In this document: positions 38,122 through 50,124 of the stretch, one piece after another | Numbering within the stretch: position 1 is the stretch's first letter | How the letters are laid out: each line of letters starts with the position of its first letter | Origin: Acidobacteriota bacterium | GTDB lineage: Bacteria > Acidobacteriota > Thermoanaerobaculia > Gp7-AA8 | NCBI GenBank assembly: GCA_019244185.1 | Contig: JAFATB010000025.1 | Span: 1 to 64,000, forward strand | DNA length: 64,000 bases | Reading direction: 5' to 3' | The notes under the pieces: model-generated | What the model was told of the DNA's origin: nothing | Database searches by the model: none | The model's input: only the letters and a program-made list of their open reading frames with translations | Made by a program: the position numbers and the translations under genes

Positions 38122-39156
38122 CTAGCTCGCCGCCAACGCCGGCTGCAGCGCGCGGCCGAGGACGCGGGCGATCGCGTCGACTTCGCGTACGACCTGTTCG
38201 AACATCTCGGGCAGGAGCGCCTGCGGACCGTCGGACAGTGCTTCTTCCGGCTTGTGGTGCACCTCGATGAGAACGCCGTCGGCGCCGGCCGCGATGGCCG
38301 CACGCGACATCGGCAGCACCTTGTTGCGCTTGCCGGTGCCGTGGCTCGGATCGACGAGGATCGGCAGGTGGCTGATGCGCTTGATCGCGGGGACGACGGA
38401 GAGATCGAGCGTATTGCGCGTGTGATCGGCGAACGTGCGCACTCCGCGCTCGCACAGCATCACGTTGTAGTTCCCCTCGGACATGATGTATTCGGCGGAG
38501 AGGAGCAGCTCCTCGAGCGTCGCCGACATCCCGCGCTTGAGGAGGACCGGCTTGCGCGCGCGGCCTGCACTCTTCAGCAGCGAGAAATTCTGCATGTTGC
38601 GCGCGCCGATCTGGATGCAGTCGGCGTACTGATCGACGAGTTGCAGCGACTCGTGGTCGACCGCCTCCGTGATGATCGGAATGTCGAACTCCTCGCGGAC
38701 GCGCGCGAGGATCTCCAGCGCTTCCTCGCCGAGGCCCTGGAACGAGTAGGGAGACGTGCGCGGCTTGTATGCGCCGCCGCGCAGGAGCTGTCCGCCCGCG
38801 CGCTTCACGCGTTCGGCGATGGTGCGCGTCTGGTCGAGCGACTCGACGGCGCACGGACCGCCGATCACGATCACGCCGTTGCCGCCGACGTCGACGCCGC
38901 TGACGTTGATCACCGAATCGTCCGGCTTCGCCTCGCGGCTCACGAGCTTGTACGCGTGCGAGACCGGGATGATCTCCTTGACGCCGGGGAAATTCTCGAG
39001 GACCTGCGGGTCCGCTTTCCCGGCCGTGCCGGTGACGCCGATCGCGGTGCGGAACGCGCCCGGAATGGGATGCGCGCGAAAGCCCAGCTTCTCGATGTGG
39101 CGAACGACCGCTTCGATTTGCTCCGGCCGCGCCGCGGCCTCCATCACGACCAGCAT
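38122..39156 (-). CDS. aroF: 3-deoxy-7-phosphoheptulonate (DAHP) synthase, type I-beta
   Basis: Start ATG 39156 (MLVVME); GGPCAVES, KPRTSPYSFQG, IGARNMQN, DPSHGTG, SDGPQ. Confidence 0.95.
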   Translation of the reverse strand: MLVVMEAAARPEQIEAVVRHIEKLGFRAHPIPGAFRTAIGVTGTAGKADPQVLENFPGVKEIIPVSHAYKLVSREAKPDDSVINVSGVDVGGNGVIVIGGPCAVESLDQTRTIAERVKRAGGQLLRGGAYKPRTSPYSFQGLGEEALEILARVREEFDIPIITEAVDHESLQLVDQYADCIQIGARNMQNFSLLKSAGRARKPVLLKRGMSATLEELLLSAEYIMSEGNYNVMLCERGVRTFADHTRNTLDLSVVPAIKRISHLPILVDPSHGTGKRNKVLPMSRAAIAAGADGVLIEVHHKPEEALSDGPQALLPEMFEQVVREVDAIARVLGRALQPALAAS

Positions 39157-39238
39157 TGAACGTTTCTCCCGCGACCGACTGATGCGGCTCGATCCGTCAG
39201 TATAATCGAGCGCTCGAAGCCGAGATTCCGGAGATCCG

Positions 39239-39961
39239 ATGAAGAAATCGCTGCTGCTGTTCGCGCTCGCCGCCTTCGCGGCCTCATCGTCGTTCGCGAC
39301 GTACGTCGTCATGCTGAAGGACGGCACGCGCTACCTCGCCAAAGCGAAGTGGACGGTGGTGAACGGCAAAGCCATCGTTCAGCTCGAAAACGGCCAGGCG
39401 CTGCAGCTCGATCCGTCGCTCATCGACGGACCGCGCTCGGAGCAGGCGACGAAGCTCGGCCTCACGAACGCGAACGTCATCGACCTCAACCCGAACATGC
39501 CCGAGGCGCAGACCACGACCGCGAGGCCCTCGCTGGGCTCGCAGATCAAACTGCGCAAGCCGGCGGAGAACGCCGCGACGCCGCCGCCGGTGAAATCGGT
39601 CACGCCGCCCGTGGCGACGAATCCCGGCGCGGTGCCGCCGGAAGTCATCGACCGCTTCGACCGCGCCTTCGAGAACGTCGGCATCTTCGAGAAGAAAGTC
39701 GTCTCCACCGGCGGCAACAGCCTGCGCGCGGATCTCGTCACGGACACCGAAGAGCGCGTCTTCAACGCCATCTCCGCGGCGTCGTTCCTCATGGTGCGCA
39801 ACGCGGGACAGAGCGTGCGCATCGACATGGTCGAGCTCTACATGCGCACGACGACCGGCGGGATCGCGGGACGCTTTCAGATGACGCGCGAGGACGCGGA
39901 AGCGCTCGACAAGCACACGATCTCGCAGCAGGAGTACTTCGTGCGCAAGGTCCTCTACTAG
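39239..39961 (+). CDS. Secreted hypothetical protein
   Basis: Signal peptide ending SFA; YVVMLKDG domain; Pro-rich linker. Confidence 0.75.
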   Translation: MKKSLLLFALAAFAASSSFATYVVMLKDGTRYLAKAKWTVVNGKAIVQLENGQALQLDPSLIDGPRSEQATKLGLTNANVIDLNPNMPEAQTTTARPSLGSQIKLRKPAENAATPPPVKSVTPPVATNPGAVPPEVIDRFDRAFENVGIFEKKVVSTGGNSLRADLVTDTEERVFNAISAASFLMVRNAGQSVRIDMVELYMRTTTGGIAGRFQMTREDAEALDKHTISQQEYFVRKVLY

Positions 39962-40356
39962 AGCGCGACGGAGACGCCGCCCCACGCCTCGGGCGCCACG
40001 TCCGCGATCGACTGCGAGAACGTCCACGCGTGTCCCCCGGGGTCGCGCGCCGTGTACTGCCGCTCGCCGTACGCGTGATCCGCCGGCTCGCGGACGATCG
40101 TCGCGCCCGCGTTCCGCGCGCGTGCGGCATGCGCGTCGACGTCGTTTACGCGCACGAGCACGCGGCAGCCGGGCGCGTCTCCTTCGACCACGACGATCGC
40201 GCAGTCGCCGGCGTTCATCTGCACGCGATGGTCGCCGATGGTGAGGCGCACCGTGAATCCGAACGCGTTCGCGAGCCACGCCGCGGCGTCGGTCACGTTC
40301 GCGTACGGCAGTTCCGGGATCACGGAGCAGTGAGGGATGGATCGGTTGCTCAGCAT
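39958..40356 (-). CDS. VOC/glyoxalase-bleomycin resistance family protein
   Basis: Start ATG 40356; AAAWLANAFGF, VNDVDAH, YGERQYTARDPGGHAWTF. Confidence 0.88.
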   Translation of the reverse strand: MLSNRSIPHCSVIPELPYANVTDAAAWLANAFGFTVRLTIGDHRVQMNAGDCAIVVVEGDAPGCRVLVRVNDVDAHAARARNAGATIVREPADHAYGERQYTARDPGGHAWTFSQSIADVAPEAWGGVSVAL

Positions 40357-41288
40357 CACTGCACGACCTCCGCACGGACATTCTTCCCGAACACCATCAC
40401 GTAACGAAAGTTGTGCACGTCCGGCGTCGTCACGACGTGCTCTCCCGGCGCGAAGACGACCGGCCGGAAGCTCCAGTCGATGAGGCCGAGCTCGGGGCGG
40501 ATGTTCGCGTAGCGCACGTTGAACGCGCGGCTCGCGTAGCGATCCGAGTCGACGACGAGCCGCACGCGGCCGCGCGTGAAGCCGAAGTCGAACGCCGTCG
40601 CGCGCCCGCGTTCCGGCACCGCGATCGCGATCCCCGCGCGCGTGCGGATCGCGGGGATGTAGCCGATCACCGGAAACGCCTGATGCGGCGCGAGCGTTTT
40701 CGACGGCGGCACGTCGGGCGCGCGGCGCGCGAGCGGCAGATAGTTCCAGCGTCCGATCGGCGGCTCGCCGAAGAGGACCGGCGTCTCCCAGTCCGCATCG
40801 ACGTCGTGCACGAGGATCTCCGGACGCCAGCGGCGATAGATGCGCCAGCTGGCGTCGGTCACGACCCAGTTCTCGGTCTCCGGCGCGATGTCGAGCGACG
40901 CGAGCAGACCGCCGACGCCCTGCGGTGCGCGCACGGTGATGACGATGCGGTTCGCGCCGGTGTGCACGAGCTCCGAGATGTCGTAGAGATCGAGCTCGCG
41001 CTGATCGCTCTGCAGCCTGCGTCCCGCGACCTCGCGTCCGTTGACGTAGAGCGTGTACTCCGGATCGCCGATCACTTTCAGCCGCGCGTAGACGCGCTTC
41101 TCCGGCAGCGTGAAGTTGCGCGCGGCGAAGAACGCCACGGGGTCGTTCGCGCTCATCGGCTGCCGCGCCCAGATCCACTGCGCGCGCCCGGTGACGTCGA
41201 GGAACTTCTGCGAGTAGACGCGATCGAGTCCGCTGAACGCCGCGGTGAACGCGAAGAGGAACAACAGGACGAGCGTCAGCCGCCGCAT
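40356..41288 (-). CDS. Secreted protein with galactose-binding-like/alpha-L-rhamnosidase N-terminal-like domain
   Basis: Start ATG 41288; signal peptide; AQWIW...YTLYVNGREV...YDISELVHTGANRI...VVTDASWR. Confidence 0.7.
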   Translation of the reverse strand: MRRLTLVLLFLFAFTAAFSGLDRVYSQKFLDVTGRAQWIWARQPMSANDPVAFFAARNFTLPEKRVYARLKVIGDPEYTLYVNGREVAGRRLQSDQRELDLYDISELVHTGANRIVITVRAPQGVGGLLASLDIAPETENWVVTDASWRIYRRWRPEILVHDVDADWETPVLFGEPPIGRWNYLPLARRAPDVPPSKTLAPHQAFPVIGYIPAIRTRAGIAIAVPERGRATAFDFGFTRGRVRLVVDSDRYASRAFNVRYANIRPELGLIDWSFRPVVFAPGEHVVTTPDVHNFRYVMVFGKNVRAEVVQ

Positions 41289-41328
41289 CAGGTCGCGGTC
41301 TTCCGCACTGATAGAATCCGCCGCCGGC

Positions 41329-42060
41329 ATGCGCAGCGTGATTGTAATTCCGGCGCGGTGGGCGTCCACGCGTTTCCCCGGCAAGCCGCTCGCGCCGATC
41401 GCCGGCGTGTCGCTCATCCAGCGCGTCTACGAGCGCGCCGCGCGTTCGCAACGCGCGTCCGCCGTCTACGTCGCCACCGACGACGAGCGCATCCTCGGCC
41501 ATGTCGCGGAGTTCGGCGGCAAGGTCGTGCGTCCGGAAGGCGACTTCCAGAGCGGCACCGATCGCATCGCCGCATCGCTGCCGATCATCGAAGCCATCGA
41601 GAAGGCGCCGTTCGATCTCGCGATCAACATCCAGGGCGACGAGCCGCTCATCGACGTCGGCACCGTCGACGAGCTCATCGCGCGCTTCGACAACGCCGTC
41701 ACCGGCATGGCTACCCTCGCCTGCCCGCTCGAATCGGACGACGAGTTCCACGCGCGGGACATCGTGAAAGTGGTCGTCGACGACTTCGGCAACGCCATTT
41801 ACTTCTCGCGCGCCGCGATCGGCTCGCGCGAGACCGCGCTGCGCCACATCGGCGTCTACGCCTATCGTCGCAGCGTGCTCGAGCGCTTCGTCGCGCTGCC
41901 GCCGTCGCCGCTCGAACGCGCCGAATCGCTCGAGCAGTTGCGGGCCGTCCAAGCGGGCTTTAAAATCTCCGTGTTACGGACAGCGAAGCCTCACCTCGGC
42001 GTCGACCGACCGGAGGATGTGGCGCGCGTGGAGAGCGAACTTGCCAGGCTGCAAGCGTGA
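41329..42060 (+). CDS. kdsB: 3-deoxy-manno-octulosonate cytidylyltransferase
   Basis: Start ATG 41329; IPARWASTRFPGKPL, ATDD, SGTDR, NIQGDEP, ESLEQLR. Confidence 0.96.
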   Translation: MRSVIVIPARWASTRFPGKPLAPIAGVSLIQRVYERAARSQRASAVYVATDDERILGHVAEFGGKVVRPEGDFQSGTDRIAASLPIIEAIEKAPFDLAINIQGDEPLIDVGTVDELIARFDNAVTGMATLACPLESDDEFHARDIVKVVVDDFGNAIYFSRAAIGSRETALRHIGVYAYRRSVLERFVALPPSPLERAESLEQLRAVQAGFKISVLRTAKPHLGVDRPEDVARVESELARLQA

Positions 42061-42143
42061 ACTCGGAGGAAAGCGTTCGTGAGCGCAATGCTCACAGGAT
42101 TCGAGTCTCCGCACCCCCGCTCCCCTCATCCCCAATCAAAAGC

Positions 42144-43916
<1,773 letters not shown>

Positions 43917-43955
43917 GGGCCCGCCACAATCGGTTCGCTGCCGTGTCTACCTCTG

Positions 43956-44501
43956 TTGATTTGGAGGTGCACGGTGGAATCACCGGTGGCGGTCACGTCG
44001 GCGCAGCAAGGATCGAATCTGCGCCAGTCGCTCACGGAGCGCGGCGTGATCCTGATGAAGGAAAGTCGGCCGATCGCGTACGTCGCGACGCTGTACGGTC
44101 CATCGATCGAAGTCGCCGGGCACATTCTCGTCCGGCTCAGAAACTCCATTCGTCACATCTTCTATGGTGTGCGGCTTCAGTACGCGGAGACGGACACGCA
44201 CGCATCTGCCGCCTTCATCGATTCCGACGAAATCGATGAACTCCTCGGCGCCGTCGACTTCATCGTCACATCCGCGGATCGCATGGCGCACGACCGGCGC
44301 GATTACACGGAAGTGTCCTACTCCACCAATGACCACGTCACGTTCGGTTTCTACCAGCAAGACTCGAAGCAGCAGGCATTCGTGCGGTTCGACGGTCGCT
44401 TGATCCACATCGGCATCGAAAAGCTTCCGATCCTCCGATCCTCCATCGCCGACGCACGAGCTCACGCCGACACCCGGAAGATCGCATGGGAGTCGCGCTG
44501 A
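43956..44501 (+). CDS. Hypothetical protein
   Basis: Globular-looking ORF filling the gap; start uncertain (GTG 43974 or ATG 44055 possible); codon usage looks less GC-biased. Confidence 0.6.
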   Translation: MIWRCTVESPVAVTSAQQGSNLRQSLTERGVILMKESRPIAYVATLYGPSIEVAGHILVRLRNSIRHIFYGVRLQYAETDTHASAAFIDSDEIDELLGAVDFIVTSADRMAHDRRDYTEVSYSTNDHVTFGFYQQDSKQQAFVRFDGRLIHIGIEKLPILRSSIADARAHADTRKIAWESR

Positions 44502-44566
44502 CGCGGCCCCGCCTCGCAACTCTGTAGATTTCCGGCCGCGCGTCCTCGCTCCCGTACAATCCCTCC

Positions 44567-46696
44567 ATGTCCGAACGCCTCGTCGGCGTCGTCGAGCGCG
44601 TGCCGCATTACGCGACCGCGACCGGCTTCTGCATCGCCGATGTGCGCGAGCAGGCCGGGGCGCTGGTGCGCGTCGTGGCGACGTGTCCGCCGCTGGAGCC
44701 GGGCGACGAGGTGGAAGTGCTCGGGCGGCACATGGTGCACAACCGCTTCGGGCCGCAGTTCCGCGCCGAGCAGGTGACGCCGCGTCTGCCGGTCGGGCGC
44801 GCCGCCCTCGCCCGCTACCTCGGCTCGGGACGCGTGCGCGGCATCGGTCCCGCGCTCGCGGAGCGGCTGCTCGACGAGTTCGGCGAACACGTTATCGGCG
44901 TTCTCGACGACGCGCCGGAGAAGCTGCTGCGCATCCCCGGCATCGGTCCGAAGAAGCTCGCGCTCATTCGCAAAGGGTGGAGCGAGCAGCGCGACGTCTG
45001 GCGTCTCGCGGCGATGCTGGCCGAGCACGGCATCGGGACGGGACGCGCGGCGCGGATCCAGAAACAATTCGGCGGCGCCGCGATCGCGGTCATCCGCCAG
45101 AATCCCTACCGGCTCGCGCAGGAAGTGCGCGGCATCGGCTTCGCCACGTCCGACGCGATCGCGCAGTCGCTCGGCTTCGATCGTGCGTCGCCGTTCCGCG
45201 TCCGCGCGGGACTGCAGCATCTGCTCGACGAGGCGCGCGGCGCGGGTCACTGCGGCGTGCCGCGCACCAAGCTCGTCGACGAGGCGGTGAAGCTGCTCGA
45301 TGTCGATGCGGCACTCGCGACGTCGGTGCTCGACGACGCGCTCGCGGAGCGCAGCGTCATCGCTGAGACGCTCGAAAATACGACGCTCCTCTTCACGCCG
45401 CGACTCTACGTGGCGGAGACTCGCATCGCCTCGATGCTGCGTGCGCTCGCGTCATCGGAGGCGCCGTTTTCCAGGAACGACATCGACGCGCTCATCGACA
45501 CGGTCGAGAGCGACTTCGTGCTGCCGGACGAGAAGCGCCGCGCGATCGCGCTCGCGCTGACGAATCCCGTCTGCGTCATCACCGGCGGTCCCGGCGTCGG
45601 CAAGACGACGGTCGTCAACGCCATCCTGCAGATCGCGGCGCGCGCGGAGCTCGAGCTCGCGCTCGCGGCGCCGACCGGACGCGCGGCGAAGCGGCTCGCG
45701 CAGCAGACGGGCCATCCCGCGCAGACGATCCACCGGCTGCTCGAGTGGAATCCGGAAGAAGACGGCTTCCAGCGCAACGAGGACCGGCCGCTCGAATGCG
45801 ATCTGCTCGTGATTGACGAAGCGTCGATGTGCGACGTGCTGCTTTTCGAGTCGCTGCTGCGCGCGGTCGACGCCGGCACGTCGCTGCTCATCGTCGGCGA
45901 CGCCGATCAGCTGCCGTCGATCGGTCCGGGGCAGGTGCTGCGCGACATCATCGACTCGGGTACGGTGCCGGTGGCGTCGCTGACGACCGTCTACAGGCAA
46001 TCCGGCGGCAGCGACATCGTCGCGAACGCGCATCGCATCAACCGCGGCACGCTACCCGATCTCGCGAACGCGCCGGAGACCGACTTCTACTTCTTCAGCG
46101 CCGCGACGCCCGAGGCCGCGCGCGAGCGCATCGTGGAGATCGTGGCGGAGCGGATCCCGCGCCGCTTCGGTCTCGATCCGCTGCGCGATGTGCAGGTGCT
46201 CTCGCCGATGCACAAAGGCGCGACCGGCGTCGACGAGCTGAACGCGGCGCTGCAGCAGCGCCTCAATCCCGCGCAGCGCGCCGGACGCCTCGCCTTCGCC
46301 GCGGGCGACAAGGTGATGCAGACGGTCAACAACTACGACAAGGAAGTCTTCAACGGCGACGTCGGCATCGTGCGCGAGATCGGCCGCGACGCGGAGTCGG
46401 TGGTGGTCGACTTCGACCGCGTGCTCGTCGAGTACGTCGCCGACGAGATCGAGCAGCTGACGCTCGCGTACGCGACCACGGTGCACAAGGCGCAGGGCTC
46501 CGAGTTTCCGGCGGTCGTGATCCCGGTCGTGGCCGCGCACTCGATCATGCTGCAGCGCAACCTCCTCTACACCGCCGTGACGCGCGGCCAGAAGCTGGTG
46601 ATCCTCGTCGGCGAGCGCGCCGCCGTCGAGCGCGCCGTGCGCAACGCGAACGCGATGAAGCGCTGGACGCGGCTGCGGCACTGCCTGCGCGGCTAG
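44567..46696 (+). CDS. recD2: ATP-dependent RecD2-like DNA helicase
   Basis: HNRFGPQF, HhH GIGP, NPYRL..GIGF, TGGPGVGKTT, DEASM, VGDADQLPS, HKAQGSEF, YTAVTRG. Confidence 0.93.
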   Translation: MSERLVGVVERVPHYATATGFCIADVREQAGALVRVVATCPPLEPGDEVEVLGRHMVHNRFGPQFRAEQVTPRLPVGRAALARYLGSGRVRGIGPALAERLLDEFGEHVIGVLDDAPEKLLRIPGIGPKKLALIRKGWSEQRDVWRLAAMLAEHGIGTGRAARIQKQFGGAAIAVIRQNPYRLAQEVRGIGFATSDAIAQSLGFDRASPFRVRAGLQHLLDEARGAGHCGVPRTKLVDEAVKLLDVDAALATSVLDDALAERSVIAETLENTTLLFTPRLYVAETRIASMLRALASSEAPFSRNDIDALIDTVESDFVLPDEKRRAIALALTNPVCVITGGPGVGKTTVVNAILQIAARAELELALAAPTGRAAKRLAQQTGHPAQTIHRLLEWNPEEDGFQRNEDRPLECDLLVIDEASMCDVLLFESLLRAVDAGTSLLIVGDADQLPSIGPGQVLRDIIDSGTVPVASLTTVYRQSGGSDIVANAHRINRGTLPDLANAPETDFYFFSAATPEAARERIVEIVAERIPRRFGLDPLRDVQVLSPMHKGATGVDELNAALQQRLNPAQRAGRLAFAAGDKVMQTVNNYDKEVFNGDVGIVREIGRDAESVVVDFDRVLVEYVADEIEQLTLAYATTVHKAQGSEFPAVVIPVVAAHSIMLQRNLLYTAVTRGQKLVILVGERAAVERAVRNANAMKRWTRLRHCLRG

Positions 46697-46707
46697 AATC
46701 GCAGGAC

Positions 46708-47322
46708 ATGTTCCATCGCCGCCGGCAGCGCGCATTCGTCGCGGCCGCCTACGCCGCGACCGTCTTGTCGGTTGCCGGTCTGTGCGGCACGTTCTCCATC
46801 CCAAACCTCATCGAGGCGGACTTCTGCCGCGCGAGCAGGAAGACGACCGCGCGGATGCACGCCGTCGTGGATTGCCTTGGCGAGCGGAGACCACGGCATG
46901 GGCGCTTTCCCGGCGACCGCGAGTTCGATCTGCGCGCAATCCGCGACGGCTGGAACGGTGTGCTGCGCTACCACGCGTACGCCGACGGCGCGCGTTACGC
47001 GCTCGTGAGCGGGGGCGCGAATCGCCGCATCGATCCCGTGACCGCGGAACTCCTCGCCGCGCCGTCGCCGACGATCGATGTCGAGGGACGACTCGCGCTG
47101 GCGAATCGCATGCGATCGGACGCGCCCGCCGCCGCAAACGGTGACGACCTCGTCGTCGTCGATGGCCGCTTCGTCGCGTATCCCGAGCTTGGCTCCACCG
47201 AGTCCGCACCCTTCGTTTCGCGCTCGGCGCGCATTCAGCGCGCGCGTCGCGTCTCCGTAGCGCTCGGCCTCGTCTTCGGCGCGATGGCCGCCGTGCTCTG
47301 GAAGCTCGGCGGCCCACCGTAA
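46708..47322 (+). CDS. Hypothetical membrane protein with GspG/pseudopilin-like middle
   Basis: Start ATG 46708; N- and C-terminal TMs; SIPNL...DGWNGVLRY...YALVSGGANRRID...DDLVVVDGRFVAYP. Confidence 0.6.
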   Translation: MFHRRRQRAFVAAAYAATVLSVAGLCGTFSIPNLIEADFCRASRKTTARMHAVVDCLGERRPRHGRFPGDREFDLRAIRDGWNGVLRYHAYADGARYALVSGGANRRIDPVTAELLAAPSPTIDVEGRLALANRMRSDAPAAANGDDLVVVDGRFVAYPELGSTESAPFVSRSARIQRARRVSVALGLVFGAMAAVLWKLGGPP

Positions 47323-47361
47323 TCGTCAGCGCAATGCGGCGCGGCGTCACGCGCTATCGCG

Positions 47362-48684
47362 TCAGTACTCCCACGCTCCGATCTCGTACGTCCCGCCGCG
47401 CGCCTTGCGCCAGTAATCGACGGTCACGTAGCTGAGCGTGCGGCCGTGATCCTTCGCGGCGGACGTGCTGCCGATCTGATAGTCGGTCGCGAGGAGGCCG
47501 CCGGCGTGCGCGAACGCGGGGTCGCCGATCTGATCGTCGGCGCTGCTGTACGCGGGCGAGCCGGGATTCGCCGTCCAGTTGTTGTTGCGGAAGGTGTTGC
47601 CGGTCGACGTCACGCTGGCCAGCGTCGCGGACGAGCCGGACGGCAACGCGAAGATGTTGTTCTCGATGAGGTTCCCGCTGCTGGCGGTGTCGTTGTCGAT
47701 GTGCAGCGCGTGCGTCGTGGCGTTGTAGACGGTGTTGTTCGCGAAGCGGCAGCTGGTCATGCCGTACGGCTGGCTCTTCCAGTAGCCGAGGCCCCAGTGC
47801 GCGCGCACGACGACGTTGTTGATGACGTCGTTGCCGGAGAGCGCGTGCGTCGAGCCGCTCCCCTCGTTGGCCATGATGATGCCGTCGGCCGGATTGCCGC
47901 TGCGGTAGTAGTCGGCGTCGCCGCTACTATAAACATAGTTGCCGTCGACCTTGGCCGTGCGCGCGTACGTGATGTAAATCCCGGCCGAGTAGTTGTCGAA
48001 GACCTCGTTCCCCGTCACCACGACGCCGTCGGTGTAGCCGACGATGATCCCCTCGCCGTAGTTGCGGAAGACGCGATTGTTCATCACCGTCACGTTGTCG
48101 GCCTTGTCGATGCCGATGGCCTGGGGCCAGCCGCCGCTCGACGAGCGCGCGGAGTTCGAGAGGCAGTTGTGGTAGACGACGTTGCCGGCGATGAGGTCGT
48201 CGTGCACGACGTTGTCGGTGTCGTAGCCGAGGTAGATGCCGTCGTGCTGGTTGTCGTGAATGATGTTGTTCAGCACGCGGCCGTACTGCATGCCCCAGCC
48301 GTCGAAGCCGACCCAGGGTCCGTTGCGGATCTCGAAGCCGATGAAGTCGACGTACGGCGCGCCGACCGCGACGACGTCCGTGCCCGACGCGAGGCCGGTG
48401 CCGTCGAGGATCGCGGTCTCGCCGGGATACGACTGGAAGACGACGCGCGCGGTGCTGCTGCCGCCGTTCCAGATGCCGACGCTGCCCGTGTAAATGCCGC
48501 CGCGCACATAGACGACGTCTCCCGGCAGCACGAAATCCTCCGCCTTGTTGATCGTTGCATAAGGAGTGGTGATGCTGCCGTTGCCGGTCGAGTCACTGCC
48601 GTTCGTCGCGACGTAGAACGTGTTGGCGGAAAGCTGCGCGGCCGCGAGCATCGCGGCGGCGATCAGAAGAGCGATGCGTTTCAT
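47362..48684 (-). CDS. Secreted right-handed parallel beta-helix protein (DUF1565/PL9-like)
   Basis: Signal; FYVATNGSD...PYATI..A...PGDVVYVRGG; Asn-ladder repeats; C-terminal YEIGAWEY. Confidence 0.88.
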   Translation of the reverse strand: MKRIALLIAAAMLAAAQLSANTFYVATNGSDSTGNGSITTPYATINKAEDFVLPGDVVYVRGGIYTGSVGIWNGGSSTARVVFQSYPGETAILDGTGLASGTDVVAVGAPYVDFIGFEIRNGPWVGFDGWGMQYGRVLNNIIHDNQHDGIYLGYDTDNVVHDDLIAGNVVYHNCLSNSARSSSGGWPQAIGIDKADNVTVMNNRVFRNYGEGIIVGYTDGVVVTGNEVFDNYSAGIYITYARTAKVDGNYVYSSGDADYYRSGNPADGIIMANEGSGSTHALSGNDVINNVVVRAHWGLGYWKSQPYGMTSCRFANNTVYNATTHALHIDNDTASSGNLIENNIFALPSGSSATLASVTSTGNTFRNNNWTANPGSPAYSSADDQIGDPAFAHAGGLLATDYQIGSTSAAKDHGRTLSYVTVDYWRKARGGTYEIGAWEY

Positions 48685-48711
48685 GGGGACGGTCTCCGTG
48701 AGGAAAGTTGG

Positions 48712-50082
48712 TTAGTGTTCGAGCGCGCCCATGTCGGGCGCGCCGTGGCGCGGGCGGCCGAAGTAGTCCGTCGCAATGCCGGGCATCGGCGCCGCGCGGT
48801 CGATGCAGGGCGATCCCTGCTGCAGTTCGAAGCTGGCGGCGCCGCGATTCCCCTCGGGATCGGCGAACTTCGGATCGCCGTGCGTATCCGTCGGGCTGGC
48901 CGCGAGCCACACGCCCGCGGCGGTGCCGCCGTTCCAGTGATTGTGGTGATACGAAACGCCGGTGCCGCTCACCTGCGCGAGCGGCCGTCCTGCGAACCCG
49001 TCGAAGATGTTGTCCGCGATGACGCTGCCGCTGTGGTGGACGTTCGGATCGGAAGCCGAGGCGGGCGTGACGCGGATCGATTCCTCGTGCGAGTGATAGA
49101 AGGTGTTGTGGGCGACGGTCACGTTCTGCAGGCCGCCGCCCTGGTCGTAGTTGCCGTAGTAGAAACCCCAGCGCGCCCACGCCACGATGTTGTTCGTGAT
49201 GGTGAGATCGGTGAGCGGCGTCATGTACTCGTACGTCTCGTTCGCGCAGGCGATGCCGGTGGCCGGCAGTCCGCCGCGATAGAACTTCTCGTCGGACGTG
49301 GCGCTGATGAAGTTGCGGTCGACGCGCGAATGCCGCGCGTTGTCGAGGTAGATCTCGACGCTGTAGTTGTCGTGCAGCTGATTCCCCTGCACGAGGCCGT
49401 GGCTGGAAACGATGAGCGCGATGCCTTCGCCGTAGTTGCGGAAGATGCGATTGCCGACGATCGTCGCGCCGTCGGTGTACTGCGTGCTGACCGACTGCGC
49501 CCAGCCGACACGCATCGCGCGCGGCTCGTTCTCGAGCACGCAGTTCGTGACGGTGTTGTCGCGGAACGTGAGCCGCGCGCTGATGCCGGGCTTCGGCGCG
49601 CCGCCGTAGATGCCCGCGCGGCGGCAGTCGCGCACGATGTTGCCGTCGACGAGGATGTCCTGCGAGCTCCAGACGTTGATGCCGATGAACGACGAGCCGG
49701 CGACCTCGAGGCCGCGCAGCTCGACGAAGCTGCTGCCGTCGAGCGTGATCGCCGCGGCCTGAGCGTTCGTCACGTCGCGGTCGTCGAGGATCGGCCGCTC
49801 GCCGGGATACGCGCGCACGACGATCGGCGTCTGCGCGGTGCCGTGCTTGTCGTGGACGCGAACGGCCTCGCGATAGCGGCCGCCGCGCACGGAGACGGTG
49901 TCCCCCGCGACGGCGCGCGCGGCCGCGGCGGTGATCGTGGCGAGCGGGCGTTCGAGAGTGCCGAGGCCGGCGGAATCGCTGCCGGTCGGCGCGACGTAGT
50001 AGGTCGCCGCGAGAACGCGCCGGGAGAGAAACGTCACCGCGAGAAGGGCGGTGACGCGGGCGAAGCGGAACGCCGTCACCAT
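48712..50082 (-). CDS. Secreted right-handed parallel beta-helix protein (paralogue)
   Basis: YYVAPTGSD...PLATI...AGDTVSVRGG; FRNYGEGI, DNYSVEIY; PDMGALEH. Confidence 0.88.
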   Translation of the reverse strand: MVTAFRFARVTALLAVTFLSRRVLAATYYVAPTGSDSAGLGTLERPLATITAAAARAVAGDTVSVRGGRYREAVRVHDKHGTAQTPIVVRAYPGERPILDDRDVTNAQAAAITLDGSSFVELRGLEVAGSSFIGINVWSSQDILVDGNIVRDCRRAGIYGGAPKPGISARLTFRDNTVTNCVLENEPRAMRVGWAQSVSTQYTDGATIVGNRIFRNYGEGIALIVSSHGLVQGNQLHDNYSVEIYLDNARHSRVDRNFISATSDEKFYRGGLPATGIACANETYEYMTPLTDLTITNNIVAWARWGFYYGNYDQGGGLQNVTVAHNTFYHSHEESIRVTPASASDPNVHHSGSVIADNIFDGFAGRPLAQVSGTGVSYHHNHWNGGTAAGVWLAASPTDTHGDPKFADPEGNRGAASFELQQGSPCIDRAAPMPGIATDYFGRPRHGAPDMGALEH

Positions 50083-50124
50083 CGCCTTCCGTACTGCATT
50101 CCGCGCGCCGGACGCGCCCCGGGT

